Assembly: GCA_964291285.2 (NCBI GenBank)
Contig: OZ219787.1
Coordinates: 352,001-416,000, forward strand
DNA from: Alphaproteobacteria bacterium
Lineage (GTDB): Bacteria > Pseudomonadota > Alphaproteobacteria > Bin95
Reading direction: 5' to 3'
DNA length: 64,000 bases
In this document: positions 19,862 through 30,763 of the stretch, piece after piece
How the letters are laid out: each line of letters starts with the position of its first letter
Position numbering within the stretch: the stretch's first letter is position 1
Notes under the pieces: model-generated
Seen by the model: only the letters and a program-made list of their open reading frames with translations
Told to the model about the DNA's origin: nothing
Database searches by the model: none
Position numbers and translations under genes: made by a program

Positions 19862-20727
19862 CAGCGCACGCGTCGAAGCGCCGGCTGGGTGAATTCGCTA
19901 TCCTGGAGATTGTTGCGGAACCGGAAATCGCTCCATTTCAGCACCGTGCTGGCACCGGTCAGGTGGTTCACCATCGTCTGTTCTCCCGCCCGCCAGTACC
20001 GGTCCAGATATTGCCGGTAGTCCGCGAGGGTGAGCGTCTTCAGGTGCGAGCCCTTCCGGTCGTAAAGTTCCATCCTCCAGATCCGAAGCTCGTCCGCGTC
20101 CTGCCATACGACCTTGCGGCTGTATCCGGAATCCGTGTCCAGAGGCACCTGCTCGGTCACCGTGCAGGCGAGTTCGCCGCAAGGCTCGTCGCGAAGATAT
20201 TTGTATGTGTATTCCTCCACCTCGGGGGAGCTCATGTCTTCGTATGAGAACTCGCTCCCCATGAACGACCCCGAACGCCGCGAAGCATTGATGCGCTTCA
20301 CCCGCTTGAGCGCCGGCAGGTAAAGCCACTGGTCGTCCCGGGTGTTGATGTGGGCGTGGGTCAGAAGGGCGGTCCCCCGCACGTCCCGCGGCTGGTCGAA
20401 CACGAACAGGCTCTTGTCGCCGTCCCCCGGGACTTCCAGCACCTTGAAACGCATCTGGCGCACGCTTTCCCGGCCGTGCCGGTCGCGGAGCACCATCGTC
20501 ATTCCGGCGGTAAAGTCCCCGAAGCCGTCATTGCGGGCGCTTGCCTCGCGCGCGATTCTGAGGCCTTTCTCCTCCGGCGTTTCTCCCTGGGCATGCGCGG
20601 GCGGCAGACAAAGGCATGCCAGCCCCATAATCAGGACTGTGAACGGAACATTCCGGGCGCCCGGGGACTCCTTCCTCCGGCCTCGGCCAACAAACCGTTT
20701 TTCGGCGGTTTCGCGGTCAGGGAACAT
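19861..20727 (-). CDS. Outer-membrane lipoprotein-sorting (LolA-like) protein
   Basis: PRDVRGTALL, DQWLYLPALKRVKRI, SFMGSEFSYED; true start may be further downstream. Confidence 0.85.
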   Translation of the reverse strand: MFPDRETAEKRFVGRGRRKESPGARNVPFTVLIMGLACLCLPPAHAQGETPEEKGLRIAREASARNDGFGDFTAGMTMVLRDRHGRESVRQMRFKVLEVPGDGDKSLFVFDQPRDVRGTALLTHAHINTRDDQWLYLPALKRVKRINASRRSGSFMGSEFSYEDMSSPEVEEYTYKYLRDEPCGELACTVTEQVPLDTDSGYSRKVVWQDADELRIWRMELYDRKGSHLKTLTLADYRQYLDRYWRAGEQTMVNHLTGASTVLKWSDFRFRNNLQDSEFTQPALRRVR

Positions 20728-20960
20728 CGGTAAGGGTTCCGTATTCGATGTCTCGCACTCTACCCCCGTTCCCCGGAGAAGGTGAAGTTCCGGACTTTCC
20801 CGGGCTCCCGGCCGACATGCGCCGGACAGAGTCTGCTGTTATCCGACGGACTTGACCTTTTCCGGCCGCGATTGCATATGATTTCCCAATCTTCGCTAAA
20901 GCTGGTTGAGATTTTCTTTGCCCCCGCCCAGTCTCTAATTGAGGAGGCTAGACCTCGGCC

Positions 20961-21512
20961 GTGTTCAATAATCCACTTAACTCATTTCACGATACCGTTG
21001 CCGAGGCAAAGGAAGAACGTGAGCAACTCGACCGGCTGCTGACGGTTTCCACGCCGCGCGAGCGGCTGCTTGTTGCGCTTGCCGCCCTGTTGCTGGTTGT
21101 CCTCGCAGCCTGGCTCTTCTTCGGCGATGTAGCTCGCAGCCTTGCGGTGGAAGGCGTGCTGACGGAGGCCGGCGAAGCCTCGCCCGGGGGCAACCGTTCC
21201 GTGCAGGCGCTCGTCTGGGTCGGGCGCGATGCCGCGCTGCATGTCAAGGCCGGGATGCCCGTGGCGGTGGAGCTGGCCGCGGCGGATGAAGACCCGGGCG
21301 TAATCGAGGGAGAGATTGCGGAATTCTCCGCCTTGCCGTTTTCCGGGGGGCTTGCGGCGCTGGAATCCTCGGCGCCGATGTCCGTATTTCGCATTGATAT
21401 TGCACTCGACGAAAGCTTCGATCTTGAGTCCCTCGCAAGCGGCCATTGCCGGATTGTCATCGAACTGGGCAGGCAATCTCTGGTCTCGTTTTTGCGAATA
21501 GGACAGTCATAA
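20961..21512 (+). CDS. Short NHLP-system secretion (HlyD-like) protein
   Basis: EQLDRLLTVSTPRE plus TM helix; lacks the coiled-coil; upstream of the C39 ABC exporter. Confidence 0.65.
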   Translation: MFNNPLNSFHDTVAEAKEEREQLDRLLTVSTPRERLLVALAALLLVVLAAWLFFGDVARSLAVEGVLTEAGEASPGGNRSVQALVWVGRDAALHVKAGMPVAVELAAADEDPGVIEGEIAEFSALPFSGGLAALESSAPMSVFRIDIALDESFDLESLASGHCRIVIELGRQSLVSFLRIGQS

Positions 21513-21513
21513 G

Positions 21514-23724
21514 ATGCCGCTGCGCGCCTCTAAACAGGTTAGCGACAAGGCTGCATCGGATGTCCCGCAACGAAGGATAACCACGCCAATTCTGCTGCAG
21601 ATGCACGCATCGGAATGCGGCGCCGCCTGCCTCGGCAGTATATTGGCCTATTTCGGGCGCTGGGTGCCGCTAACGGAATTACGGGAAAAATGCGAGGTGA
21701 GCCGGGACGGCAGCAGCGCGGCCGGCATCTTGCGCGCCGCCAGGCATTACGGTCTCGAATGCAGCGGCCTCAGCCTGCGCGCCGCCCAACTGCAAAAGCT
21801 GCAACTACCGTTGATTCTGTTCTGGCAATTCAGCCATTTCGTCGTCCTCGAAGGGTCCGACAGCGCCCATTTCTACCTCAATGACCCGGCCACGGGCCGG
21901 CGCCGGCTTTCCGCCGAGGAGTTCAACAGGGGCTACAGCGGAGTTGCGCTGCGCTTCAAGCGCGGCGCCGATTTCAGCCCGGGGGGCGAGCGGGCGGGCC
22001 TTTTCCGGCAACTGGACGCCTTGCTCGCCGGATCCCGGGGTGTGCTTGCCTGGGTGATTGCCTGCGGACTCATGCTGACATTGCTGGCGCTTGTGGTGCC
22101 CGCGTCTCTCAGCGTTTTTGTGGACGATGTGCTGACGAACCACGGGCCCTGGGGCGGATTGGTAACGGCCCTGCTTGGCGGCGGCCTGCTGGTATATGTC
22201 CTGTCCCTGCTCAAGCACCGGTTCCTGAAGCGGCTCGCGGTCCGGATTTCGGTAATCGGCTACAATCGGAGCGTGTCGCGGCTGCTGCGGCTGCCGGTCG
22301 AGTTTTTCGAACACCGGCTGGTAGGCGACTTGACCGACCGCGTCTCGTCCATCGACAGAATCGCGAAGAATCTGACGGACCAGTTTCTCGTGCTGATTAT
22401 CGAAATGGCGATGAGTGCGGTGCTGCTTGTCGCAATGCTGGTCTATGATTTTCGGCTCGCGCTGATTGTGTTGCTGCTGGCCGTTCTGCACGGACTCCTG
22501 GCCCGTTTTTTCAATACCGCCCGGGCGGTTCGAAGCCAGGCGATGAGACGCGAGCAGGGATTGCTGATCGGGCTCGGCATGCAGATGTTGAGTCACGCGG
22601 ACAATCTGCGCATGACGGGCGCGGACGACCGCTTCTTTTCGCGCTGGAGCGGCCAGCAGGCGCGCGAACTGCGCGCGCGCCAGCTCTATTCCGAGCTCGG
22701 CTCCGTCAACACCGCGCTTCCGGTCCTGGTCGCCGCGCTTCGCAGCGCGGCAATCCTGGGAGTCGGGGGAAGTCTGGTCCTGTCCGGGGACATGACCCTG
22801 GGGACGCTGGTCGGGTTCTATATCCTGGCGGAGATGTTCCTGACGCCTGTCGGCCGCTTTCTGGAATTCGCCGACAAGCGCCAGGCGCTCGAAACCGACC
22901 TGCAGCGGCTCGAGGACATTTCGAAAACCGCCGAAGACCCGGTTTTCAGCCGCCGAAATCCGCAATCGGACTCAATCGCCACATTCAACGGCCGGCTCCA
23001 GCTGGCCGGCCGGCTCGAACTCAAAGACGTCACCTTCGGCTTCAACAAGAGCCGGCCACCGCTGATAAAGGACTTCAACCTCGTGATCGAGCCGGGGCAG
23101 CGGGTTGCCGTGGTCGGTCCCAGCGGGTCCGGCAAGTCGACCGTGGCGCGCCTGGTTGCGGGCGTCTATCAGCCCTGGTCGGGCGAGATCCTGTTCGACG
23201 GCCATTCCCGGGACGAGATTCCCGAGGAAGTGCTGCGGCAGTCCGTTTCCATGGTGGACCAGGAAGTCGTCCTGTTCTCCGCGTCGCTGCGCGACAACAT
23301 CACCCTGTGGCACCCGGCTATTCCGGATGAAGCCGTCTTCGCGGCGACGCGGGACGCCTCTATCCATGATGAAATCCTGCTGCGGCCACAGGGATATTCG
23401 ACCCTGGTGGAGGAGGGCGGCCTGAATTTCAGCGGCGGCCAGCGGCAACGGCTGGAAATCGCCCGCGCGCTGGTGGGCAATCCGACGGTCCTCATTCTGG
23501 ACGAGGCGACCAGCGCTCTCGATGCCGCGACGGAGGAATATGTCGACGATGCCCTGCGCCGCCGCGGCGTCACCTGCCTGATCGTGGCGCACAGGCTGAG
23601 CACCGTGCGGGACTGCGATGAAATTATCGTGCTCGACAAAGGCGCCGAAGTTCAGCGCGGCACGCATGACGAGCTGATCGCGGATGAGGGCGGCGCCTAT
23701 TACAAGCTGGTCAGGTCAGGCTGA
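21514..23724 (+). CDS. NHLP-family RiPP export ABC transporter (C39 peptidase/permease/ATPase)
   Basis: TPILLQMHASECGAACL, VSRDGS, HFVVLEG, GPSGSGKST, FSGGQRQRLEIARAL, LDEATS. Confidence 0.92.
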   Translation: MPLRASKQVSDKAASDVPQRRITTPILLQMHASECGAACLGSILAYFGRWVPLTELREKCEVSRDGSSAAGILRAARHYGLECSGLSLRAAQLQKLQLPLILFWQFSHFVVLEGSDSAHFYLNDPATGRRRLSAEEFNRGYSGVALRFKRGADFSPGGERAGLFRQLDALLAGSRGVLAWVIACGLMLTLLALVVPASLSVFVDDVLTNHGPWGGLVTALLGGGLLVYVLSLLKHRFLKRLAVRISVIGYNRSVSRLLRLPVEFFEHRLVGDLTDRVSSIDRIAKNLTDQFLVLIIEMAMSAVLLVAMLVYDFRLALIVLLLAVLHGLLARFFNTARAVRSQAMRREQGLLIGLGMQMLSHADNLRMTGADDRFFSRWSGQQARELRARQLYSELGSVNTALPVLVAALRSAAILGVGGSLVLSGDMTLGTLVGFYILAEMFLTPVGRFLEFADKRQALETDLQRLEDISKTAEDPVFSRRNPQSDSIATFNGRLQLAGRLELKDVTFGFNKSRPPLIKDFNLVIEPGQRVAVVGPSGSGKSTVARLVAGVYQPWSGEILFDGHSRDEIPEEVLRQSVSMVDQEVVLFSASLRDNITLWHPAIPDEAVFAATRDASIHDEILLRPQGYSTLVEEGGLNFSGGQRQRLEIARALVGNPTVLILDEATSALDAATEEYVDDALRRRGVTCLIVAHRLSTVRDCDEIIVLDKGAEVQRGTHDELIADEGGAYYKLVRSG

Positions 23725-24727
23725 TGCAGGACTCGGGCCCGGAATACACATCGATTGCCGAACTCGCGGCCCGCGCCGGCATATCCGTGCCCTGCGCCGG
23801 CAACGTACCGGTGACACTCGACGACCCGGAAAGCGTCTGGTTCATCGATCGGGGCGCCGTCAATCTGTTCCTGGTCGAGCTGCGGGACGGGGTGGACCAG
23901 GCGGCGCCGCAGCATCTGCTGCGCCGGGAAGCGGGCTGGCTGCTGCCGGGCGTGGCGGCGGACGAAGGAGCCGGCGGGGGAGACACGACGCTCGCCCTGA
24001 TTGCCAAAGGATCGCCGGGCACCCTTCTGAGGCGCCTGCCGGCATCCCTGCTGTCCGAGGTCCGTCCGGCGGAGCTCGCGGAACAGACGGATACCTGGCT
24101 GACCGCCGTTACCGATTCGCTTTCACGTTTCGCAAGCCGCCTGCCGCGTCCGACGGCGCTGGCCGAGCCCGGTACGAGACGGACCCTGGCTCCCTGCATA
24201 CTGTCGGTGCGGCGCGGCGTCGTATGGGTATCCGAACCCCCGCGCGGCGCCGGCCTGTTCATGGGTATCGTGGACCACGCGGAACTTGCGGAGGCAGGCG
24301 GTCCGCACGAAGCCGTGATGCCGCTGACGCGGACAAGCTGGCTCAATTTGTTCGATGAAGCGACGCTTTCGAGCGAATCGACCGAAACGCTGGCGCAGCA
24401 GGGCATGCTGCTGCGCGCGCTCGCCTCGTTTCATGCGGTCGCTTTTGCCCTGGAACGAATCAACCGCCGACTGGCCGTGGTCGACGATGCGAACCTCGAA
24501 CGCGCACGGACCACCAGCCGCTACACGGCCGAGAAGGCCGCGCGGCAGCGGCTTTTCAATATCTATGACCTGCCGATAGACCGGGATGCCGATGTCGAGG
24601 ACACCGCTTTGGCCGATGCCCTGCAACTTGTCGGCCGTCACGAAGGAATCGATTTCAGGATTCCTGTGCGCTCGGGCCCTTCTGCTCCGCCGGTCGGGCT
24701 GATCGACGTTCTCCATGCGTCGGGTGT
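23724..24727 (+). pseudogene. Second NHLP-system ABC transporter subunit, 3'-truncated
   Basis: N-terminus LDDPESVWFIDRGAVNLFLV; ends just after ASGV, before any TM or ATPase domain. Confidence 0.75.
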
Positions 24728-25509
24728 GACGGTAAAACTCCGAACGGAGTCGAGATCGGGCGAGGTTGCCCTGCACACCACCATCGCCTGAAACGCCGGC
24801 GTCACAAGGGACGGGAGCCGTCGCGGCGATTGAGCGAGACGACCGGTCCGCGATCTTCGAGCGCGTTCCGCGTTGTCGTTCGGTGGCAGAGGTAACAGAA
24901 CGCGGCGCGGCGTGCAAACGGCGGAGGGCAGTCTTCACACATGGCGCACCGGAGCCGGCGGCGTTACCTCGGCGGCACGGGCGCCGCCGCACATGTTCCG
25001 CGGAGCCGAAGGACGCCGCGCACATGTTACCGCGATACAGGCGTGCCGGACGAAAGCGGGGCTGTTCAGGGTGATCGCGTGCTGCTCACACATTACCGCA
25101 GACGCAGACGGTGATGGCGCACCCGTTACCGCGGCGTCAGCCGCGCGGGTGCGGTGACGGTTGCGATAGCCGTTGCGATCGGAGGCGCCGACGGCGGCGC
25201 CTGCAGGACTGCGGGCAGCGGTGCGAAGCACGGTGTCGTGCCGGTCCGGCAGCAGCGCCGGCAGTGGGCGGGTCAGCAGTGCCGGCGGCACTGCGCCGGG
25301 CCCGGCGCAGCCCGCGATGCACCCATGCGAAGCATGGTGCAGCGGCGCGTGATGCGGCAGCCCCGGATCGTCGTCCGGGGCAGGCTCCGCATGAGCGCGG
25401 CGCGAAGCGCGCGCGAGGTGTCGGCGGCGCAGCGCAACGGGTGTGCGCATACGGAAACGGACCGCGCCGCCGCCGGAGCGGAGACGACGCGGCCCGTGGG
25501 TGCTGCGTG

Positions 25510-25774
25510 TCAGGCGGGGCAGCGCATGACCGGGATGCCGAGGCTGCGGGCCTTGTCGACGAGGTTCTCGGTGATGCCGGAGCCGGGGAAGGCGATGACG
25601 CCCTTCGGCAGGAGGTTGAGCAGTTCGTCGTTGCGGCGGAAGGGTGCGGCGCGACCGTGGCGGTCCCAGTCGGGCTTGCAGACGACCTGGTGGACGCCGT
25701 TGCGCTCGGCCCAGCTTGCGGCGATCTTCTCGACGCCGGGGCCGCCGCCATGCACGAGCACGAGGTCGGGGTAA
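25510..25774 (-). pseudogene. DUF2493/SLOG-family protein C-terminal fragment (ICE/plasmid type)
   Basis: VLVHGGGPGVEKIAASWA...PDWDRHGRAAPFRRND...AFPGSGIT. Confidence 0.7.
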
Positions 25775-26044
25775 CCTGTATTCAGATGGCGGACATCTGA
25801 ATACGAAAATTTATACAATAAAACCCGTTATCTACAGACATTGACCGAGACAGGCGCAGGAAACTTGCAGCTGTTGGGCATCGAATAGGTACCAGTTGAT
25901 TTCAAAGCTCTGCGCCCCAAACCGCGTCGATGCCGCATTCACCGCGTCTCCGGTTGCCGGTTGCCGGCTACCGTCAGGCGCCGGGCCCGACCCTTCACGA
26001 TCGATCGCTTCGGCGCCGATCGGCGCCGAAGCGATGCGCCGGGC

Positions 26045-26329
26045 AACACAATGGACGTAGAAGCCCATCCTCGACCGCTGCATCCGCTGGACGGCGTCGA
26101 TCAGCCAGGACGGGCAAACGAACTCGGGAGCGACCCGCAGGATGCAGCTCCCCATGGTCTCCCGGCTGCTTCCGAACCGCACGTCGAACAGCGCCCATAT
26201 CGTGAAACAGCTGACCGTCAACGGGCTCATCGGCGGCCCGGACGGCATGTATTCGTCCTCGGCGGCGCCGACGATCCTGACGAAACCCTTCGCCTGTCCC
26301 ATCCCGGAAATCGACTCCGACATGAGTGA
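26045..26329 (-). pseudogene. Fragment of a hypothetical protein gene
   Basis: AEDEYMPSGPPMSPLT...WALFD...SRMGFYVH, bounded by IS630. Confidence 0.4.
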
Positions 26330-27496
26330 TACCAGCGGGCATAGTTCAGAACCCATTGGCCCATTTTCGGGTTCCGATGGAGGCGATGCGTTCTGGTTGT
26401 GAGACGAGATTGTTCCAGGCTTGGCAGCAGTGATCGAGTATGTCGTCGTAGCTTTTGAAGACGCGGTTCGAGGGCCAATTTTCGCGCATGAACTGCCAGA
26501 CATTCTCGACGGGATTGAGTTCGGGGGACCGGGGCGGGAGCGGCATCAGGGTTATGTTGTCGGGGACTTTGAGGGCCGGGGATGTGTGCCATCCGGCCCG
26601 GTCGAGCATGACGAGGGCATGGGCTCCGGGTTCAACGGTGAGGGCGACCTCGGCGAGGTGGGCGTTGAGTGCCTCCGTGTTGGCGTGGGGCATGACGAGG
26701 CCGGCGGCCTTGCCCTTCTGCGGGCATATGGCGCCGAAGATGTAGGCCGGGATGGTTCTCTGGTCCTTGGGCGCTGACGGTCGGGTGCCGCGTTTCGCCC
26801 ATCGCCGGGTGATCCTGTTCTTCTGCCCGACGCGCGCCTCGTCCCGCCACCGGACTTCGACCTCGACGCCGTCGCCGAGTGCAGCGCGGATCTCCTTCAG
26901 GCGGTCGGGGAAGTTTTTTTGAACGCCGCCAGCGCGGCTTCGTCCCGGGCATGGTGGCGCGGGCGCGCAGACAGCCTGGCGTAGCCCATCCGGCGCAACT
27001 CCCGCCCGACCGTCGTCTCCGCCAACGAGATGCCGAACTGCTCGCTGAGCCATGCCGCCAGGTCGCAGCGCCGCCACCGCACCACGCCGTGGATCGCCGG
27101 GTCCGGACCGCTCTCCACAACCGCCGCCAGCGCCGCGCGCTGCTCCCCGTTCAACTTGCGCGGCGGACCTGAGGCCTTGCGATCCTTCAATCCCTCCGGG
27201 CCTTCCGCGTTGAAGCGAAGAACCCAGTCCCGGATGATCTGCAAGCCCACCCCCGCAAAACGCGCCGCATCCGAACGACGGTAACCGTCGTAAATCACCG
27301 CAAGCGCAAGAAGGCGACGGTTCTGCGAACCATCCCGGCTCCGCTGCGCCAAGCCGCGCAACTGCGCCGCATCAAAATCCTCCCTCAAGGGGATTGCTGC
27401 CCTCATAACGACCCTCCAATCGCAGAATCGCTATTGAGTCAGAACTCGATAACCTTGGGAATCCCCTCAATGAGTCTCAACCCTCAACCGCTGGTA
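26330..27496 (-). mobile_element. IS630-family insertion sequence
   Basis: Ends TACCAGCGG / CCGCTGGTA with TA target; HTH ORF 27406-26897 and DDE ORF to 26346 (DEARVG, DRAGWH, SPELNPVENVW) joined at an A7 slippery site near 26920. Confidence 0.9.
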
Positions 27497-27731
27497 TTAC
27501 GGCCCAGTCGTGGGAATCGCCTGATCCCGCCGCGACAGATGCGATGCACCTGGACACCCTGACGGACGAATCCACGCTCAAGCGGAGGGGTCTTCTCCCC
27601 CGCGACCCCAGGAGCACCGGGATCACCGTCGAGCACAGGACCATAGGAGCACCGGGAACACTACGATCCCGTGGCAATCCCTTGATCTCCGGCCATTATT
27701 TCCGACTGCGCATTCCAATTCATATCTTGGA

Positions 27732-27761
27732 TTGACACTATATTTTTCTGATTCATATATC
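27732..27761 (+). promoter_or_regulatory. Candidate sigma70 promoter in an AT-rich patch
   Basis: TTGACA followed 17-18 nt later by ATATAT/TATATC, upstream of the three-gene operon. Confidence 0.35.
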
Positions 27762-28001
27762 AAATCGATCTAATAAAACCTCCGGCCGGAAAACCTATTT
27801 AGTATTAAGTCCTTGATTTACTGTGTTTTTCTATTATGTTTTCCAGCAACGGACATTTGCAGCGGATGTGTCGATTCCAAACGGCCTATTCCGGTGCGCG
27901 GCACGGAGCGGAGCGAAGCACGTGCGGGCAAGATTGTTCCGCAGGGCCGGGCGTCCACACCCCGGCCCGATCTTTCGGCCAAACGCCAAGAGGAGCAAGA
28001 C

Positions 28002-28583
28002 ATGGCGACGGAAAGCAAGAAACGCCTCAGCAAGATCGCCCGCCAGAAGCTGCGCATGCGCGATACGCTGTGGCCCGAACTTGACGAGGCGCGATTGTGG
28101 TCGCGCGAGCGGTCGGACGGCTGGCTCAGCATGCCACGGCCGATGCCGCTGCTCATGAAGGTCATGGACAGCCTGTCCAAGGGTAAGCCGGTTTCCTCGA
28201 CCTATCTCGACCTCTGGTGCCGGACTTACGACGACTCCTTCGTTATCGCCAACAAGGACCGCGAGATGGCGTACTTCTCAGGGTTCAGCGGCGAGCGGGC
28301 CGTACGCACTTGGACAATGCGCATGCGAACCCTCAATGACCTCGGCTTTATCGATATCAAGAGCGGACCGAACGGGCCGATCAGCTACGTCCTGATTTTC
28401 AACCCCTACCTCGTCGTGCGCCAACTCTATGAAGCCGGCCAAATCAACGAAACCTTCTTCAACTCCCTCGCCCAGCGGATGATCGAGATCGGCGCTCACG
28501 ACCTCAGCGACCCGCCTGACGAGGAAGAGGCGAAACCCCCATCCGTCCGACGCCGTCGCCGCGCCGGAAAGGCAACAGCATGA
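28002..28583 (+). CDS. Hypothetical protein, possible winged-helix DNA-binding fold
   Basis: GAGGAG RBS; EMAYFSGFSGERAVRTW...LNDLGFIDIK pattern; 193 aa. Confidence 0.7.
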   Translation: MATESKKRLSKIARQKLRMRDTLWPELDEARLWSRERSDGWLSMPRPMPLLMKVMDSLSKGKPVSSTYLDLWCRTYDDSFVIANKDREMAYFSGFSGERAVRTWTMRMRTLNDLGFIDIKSGPNGPISYVLIFNPYLVVRQLYEAGQINETFFNSLAQRMIEIGAHDLSDPPDEEEAKPPSVRRRRRAGKATA

Positions 28584-28846
28584 GCACAGAAAACAAGGAA
28601 TCGAGCGCCGAAACGGATGACGACAATCCGGCCGACGCGACCAATGGTGGAGAACCTGCCACGCCGCAGACCAACTTTGACCGGCTGATCGCGCATCTGC
28701 CCGAGGACAGCCTCGCCGCGAAACTCGTGACCGCCTACGCGGCGTCAGGCGAGGCAGCACCCGCCGATGCCATCGCAGAGGTCGCCGCAAACCGTCTCGA
28801 TGAACTGAAGCAGAGCCATGACAACACTGAAGATCAACAAGATTGA
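28580..28846 (+). CDS. Small acidic hypothetical protein
   Basis: 88 aa; ATGA overlap with the upstream gene and overlap with the ATPase start. Confidence 0.6.
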   Translation: MSTENKESSAETDDDNPADATNGGEPATPQTNFDRLIAHLPEDSLAAKLVTAYAASGEAAPADAIAEVAANRLDELKQSHDNTEDQQD

Positions 28847-29193
28847 GATGCAGGGCTTCCGGGCTTTCGGCCGGAAGGCACAGACGCTGTCCTTCGGCTC
28901 GTCACTGGCCGCCATCTGGGCACCGAACAGCCAGGGCAAGACCAGCCTTGCCGAGGCGTTCGAGTTCCTGCTGACCGGACAGATCGTCCGTCGCCAGCTC
29001 TTGGCCAGCACCCAGGACGAATTCGCTGACGCCCTGCGCAACGCCCATATGCCAGCCGCCATACCCACATACGTCGAGGCGGAGATCACCGGCATTGACG
29101 GCCGGACGCACAACGTCAGGCGGACACTGATCTCGGACTACGCCAAGCGGAAAGACTGCCAGTCAGCCCTGCAGATCGACGGCGTCGAGGCTA

Positions 29194-30030
29194 GGTCGTG
29201 TACCCATAAGGGGTTTCTTCTTCAGCGAAGCTGTGATTCAAGCTCCCAACTTCAGGGAGCGAGGACATGGGCCGGTACGATCTGACGGACTTCGAATGGC
29301 GGGTTATCAAGCCGTTGCTGCCGAACAAGACCCGTGGGGTGCCGCGGGTTGACGACCGGCGGGTGTTGAACGGCATTCTGTGGGTGCTTCGCGCGGGGGC
29401 GCCGTGGCGAGACCTGCCGGAGCACTACGGGCCTTGTACGACCTGCTACAACCGGTTCAACCGCTGGCGCAAGAAGGGCATCTGGGATCAGTTGATGGAT
29501 GCGGTGGTGGAGGCTCACGACGGCAATGTGCAGATGATCGACAGTTCGAGCGTCCGGGTTCACCAGCATGCGGCGGGATCAAAAAAGGGGGTCCGGATCG
29601 TTGCATGGGCCGTTCCCGTGGCGGACTGACCACGAAGATCCACGCCGTGTCGGACGTGAGCGGCCTGCCGGTCCGCTATGACCTCAGCCCTGGCCAGGCG
29701 CACGACACCACGGCCGCCGGTGCCATGCTGGCGACCCTGCCGCCCGACAGTTTCCTCATCGCCGACAAGGCCTATGACGCCAAATGGATCCGTGACCTGA
29801 TCGAGCAACACGATGCCGTCCCGATCATCCCCGACCGCGAAGGCGCGAAGACCAGGCACGCTTTCTCCAAACCCTTGTATAAATTGCGAAACCGGATCGA
29901 ACGCGCCTTCAACAAACTCAAGCAGTTCCGCCGCATCGCCACCCGATACGAAAAGCTCGCGGCCAACTTCCTCGCCATGATCAAGATCGCTACTGTCAGG
30001 CTCTGGCTACGCGCTTATGAGTCCACGGCC
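29194..30030 (+). mobile_element. IS5-family (IS427-group-like) insertion sequence
   Basis: TIR GGTCGTGTACCCATAAG / CTTATGAGTCCACGGCC; TA TSD; two ORFs (29267-29629 and to 30033) with an AAAAAAGGGG frameshift site at 29581. Confidence 0.9.
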
Positions 30031-30763
30031 TAATGAAAGCGATCTCGCCACCCTCGGCATCGTGCTCTCGCAACCGCCCCTCGCGGCGCCGGTCCTCGCT
30101 CAGCACACGCTCGGTTATCTCTTTTCCGCCCGGCCGCAGGACCGCGCCACGTATTTCAAGAGGATCCTTGAAGTCACGGATCTGGAAGAACTGCGAGGCG
30201 CGGTGGCGGGGCTCGACGCCGCGTTCAAGCCCGATGACGGCGACCGCCACTTAAGCCGGCTTGCTGGCGCCGCAGCCATCGAGAACGCGGAGCCACTTCT
30301 AGCACCCCTCGGTTCGGCTGTGCCGGCGCCTGCCGTTCTCGCCGCCGCGGTCGATGGGGCGATCACAGCCGTCCTGACCGCGGCCGAGCACCCATTGCCG
30401 ACAGTGCCCGCCGGGCGTCTGGTTGCGCTCGAAGGCTTGTTGCTGGAGCGACGGGCCAAGACATTCCCGGTTGACGGGTTCGCCAGGAGAGCGCTCGTCA
30501 ACTGGACCGAACCTGCCCAAGGAGAATGGGACACGCTCGATGTCTACCTAGCCGAGCGCGAAACGGTGGAGGAGGAGACGCGCCGTCTGATCGCGCTGTT
30601 CAGGGAGGCCTTGGCCATCCCCGCCGTCAATGCCGCGACGCAGCCCATCGACTGCCCACTGTGTGGTACGGAAGGCAGCCTGACGCCGGAGCGCATCGCC
30701 TTTATCCGCACCCGGGCGCAAGAGACCGACGACTTCCAGACCGCTCAGGCGGCAGCGATTGAC

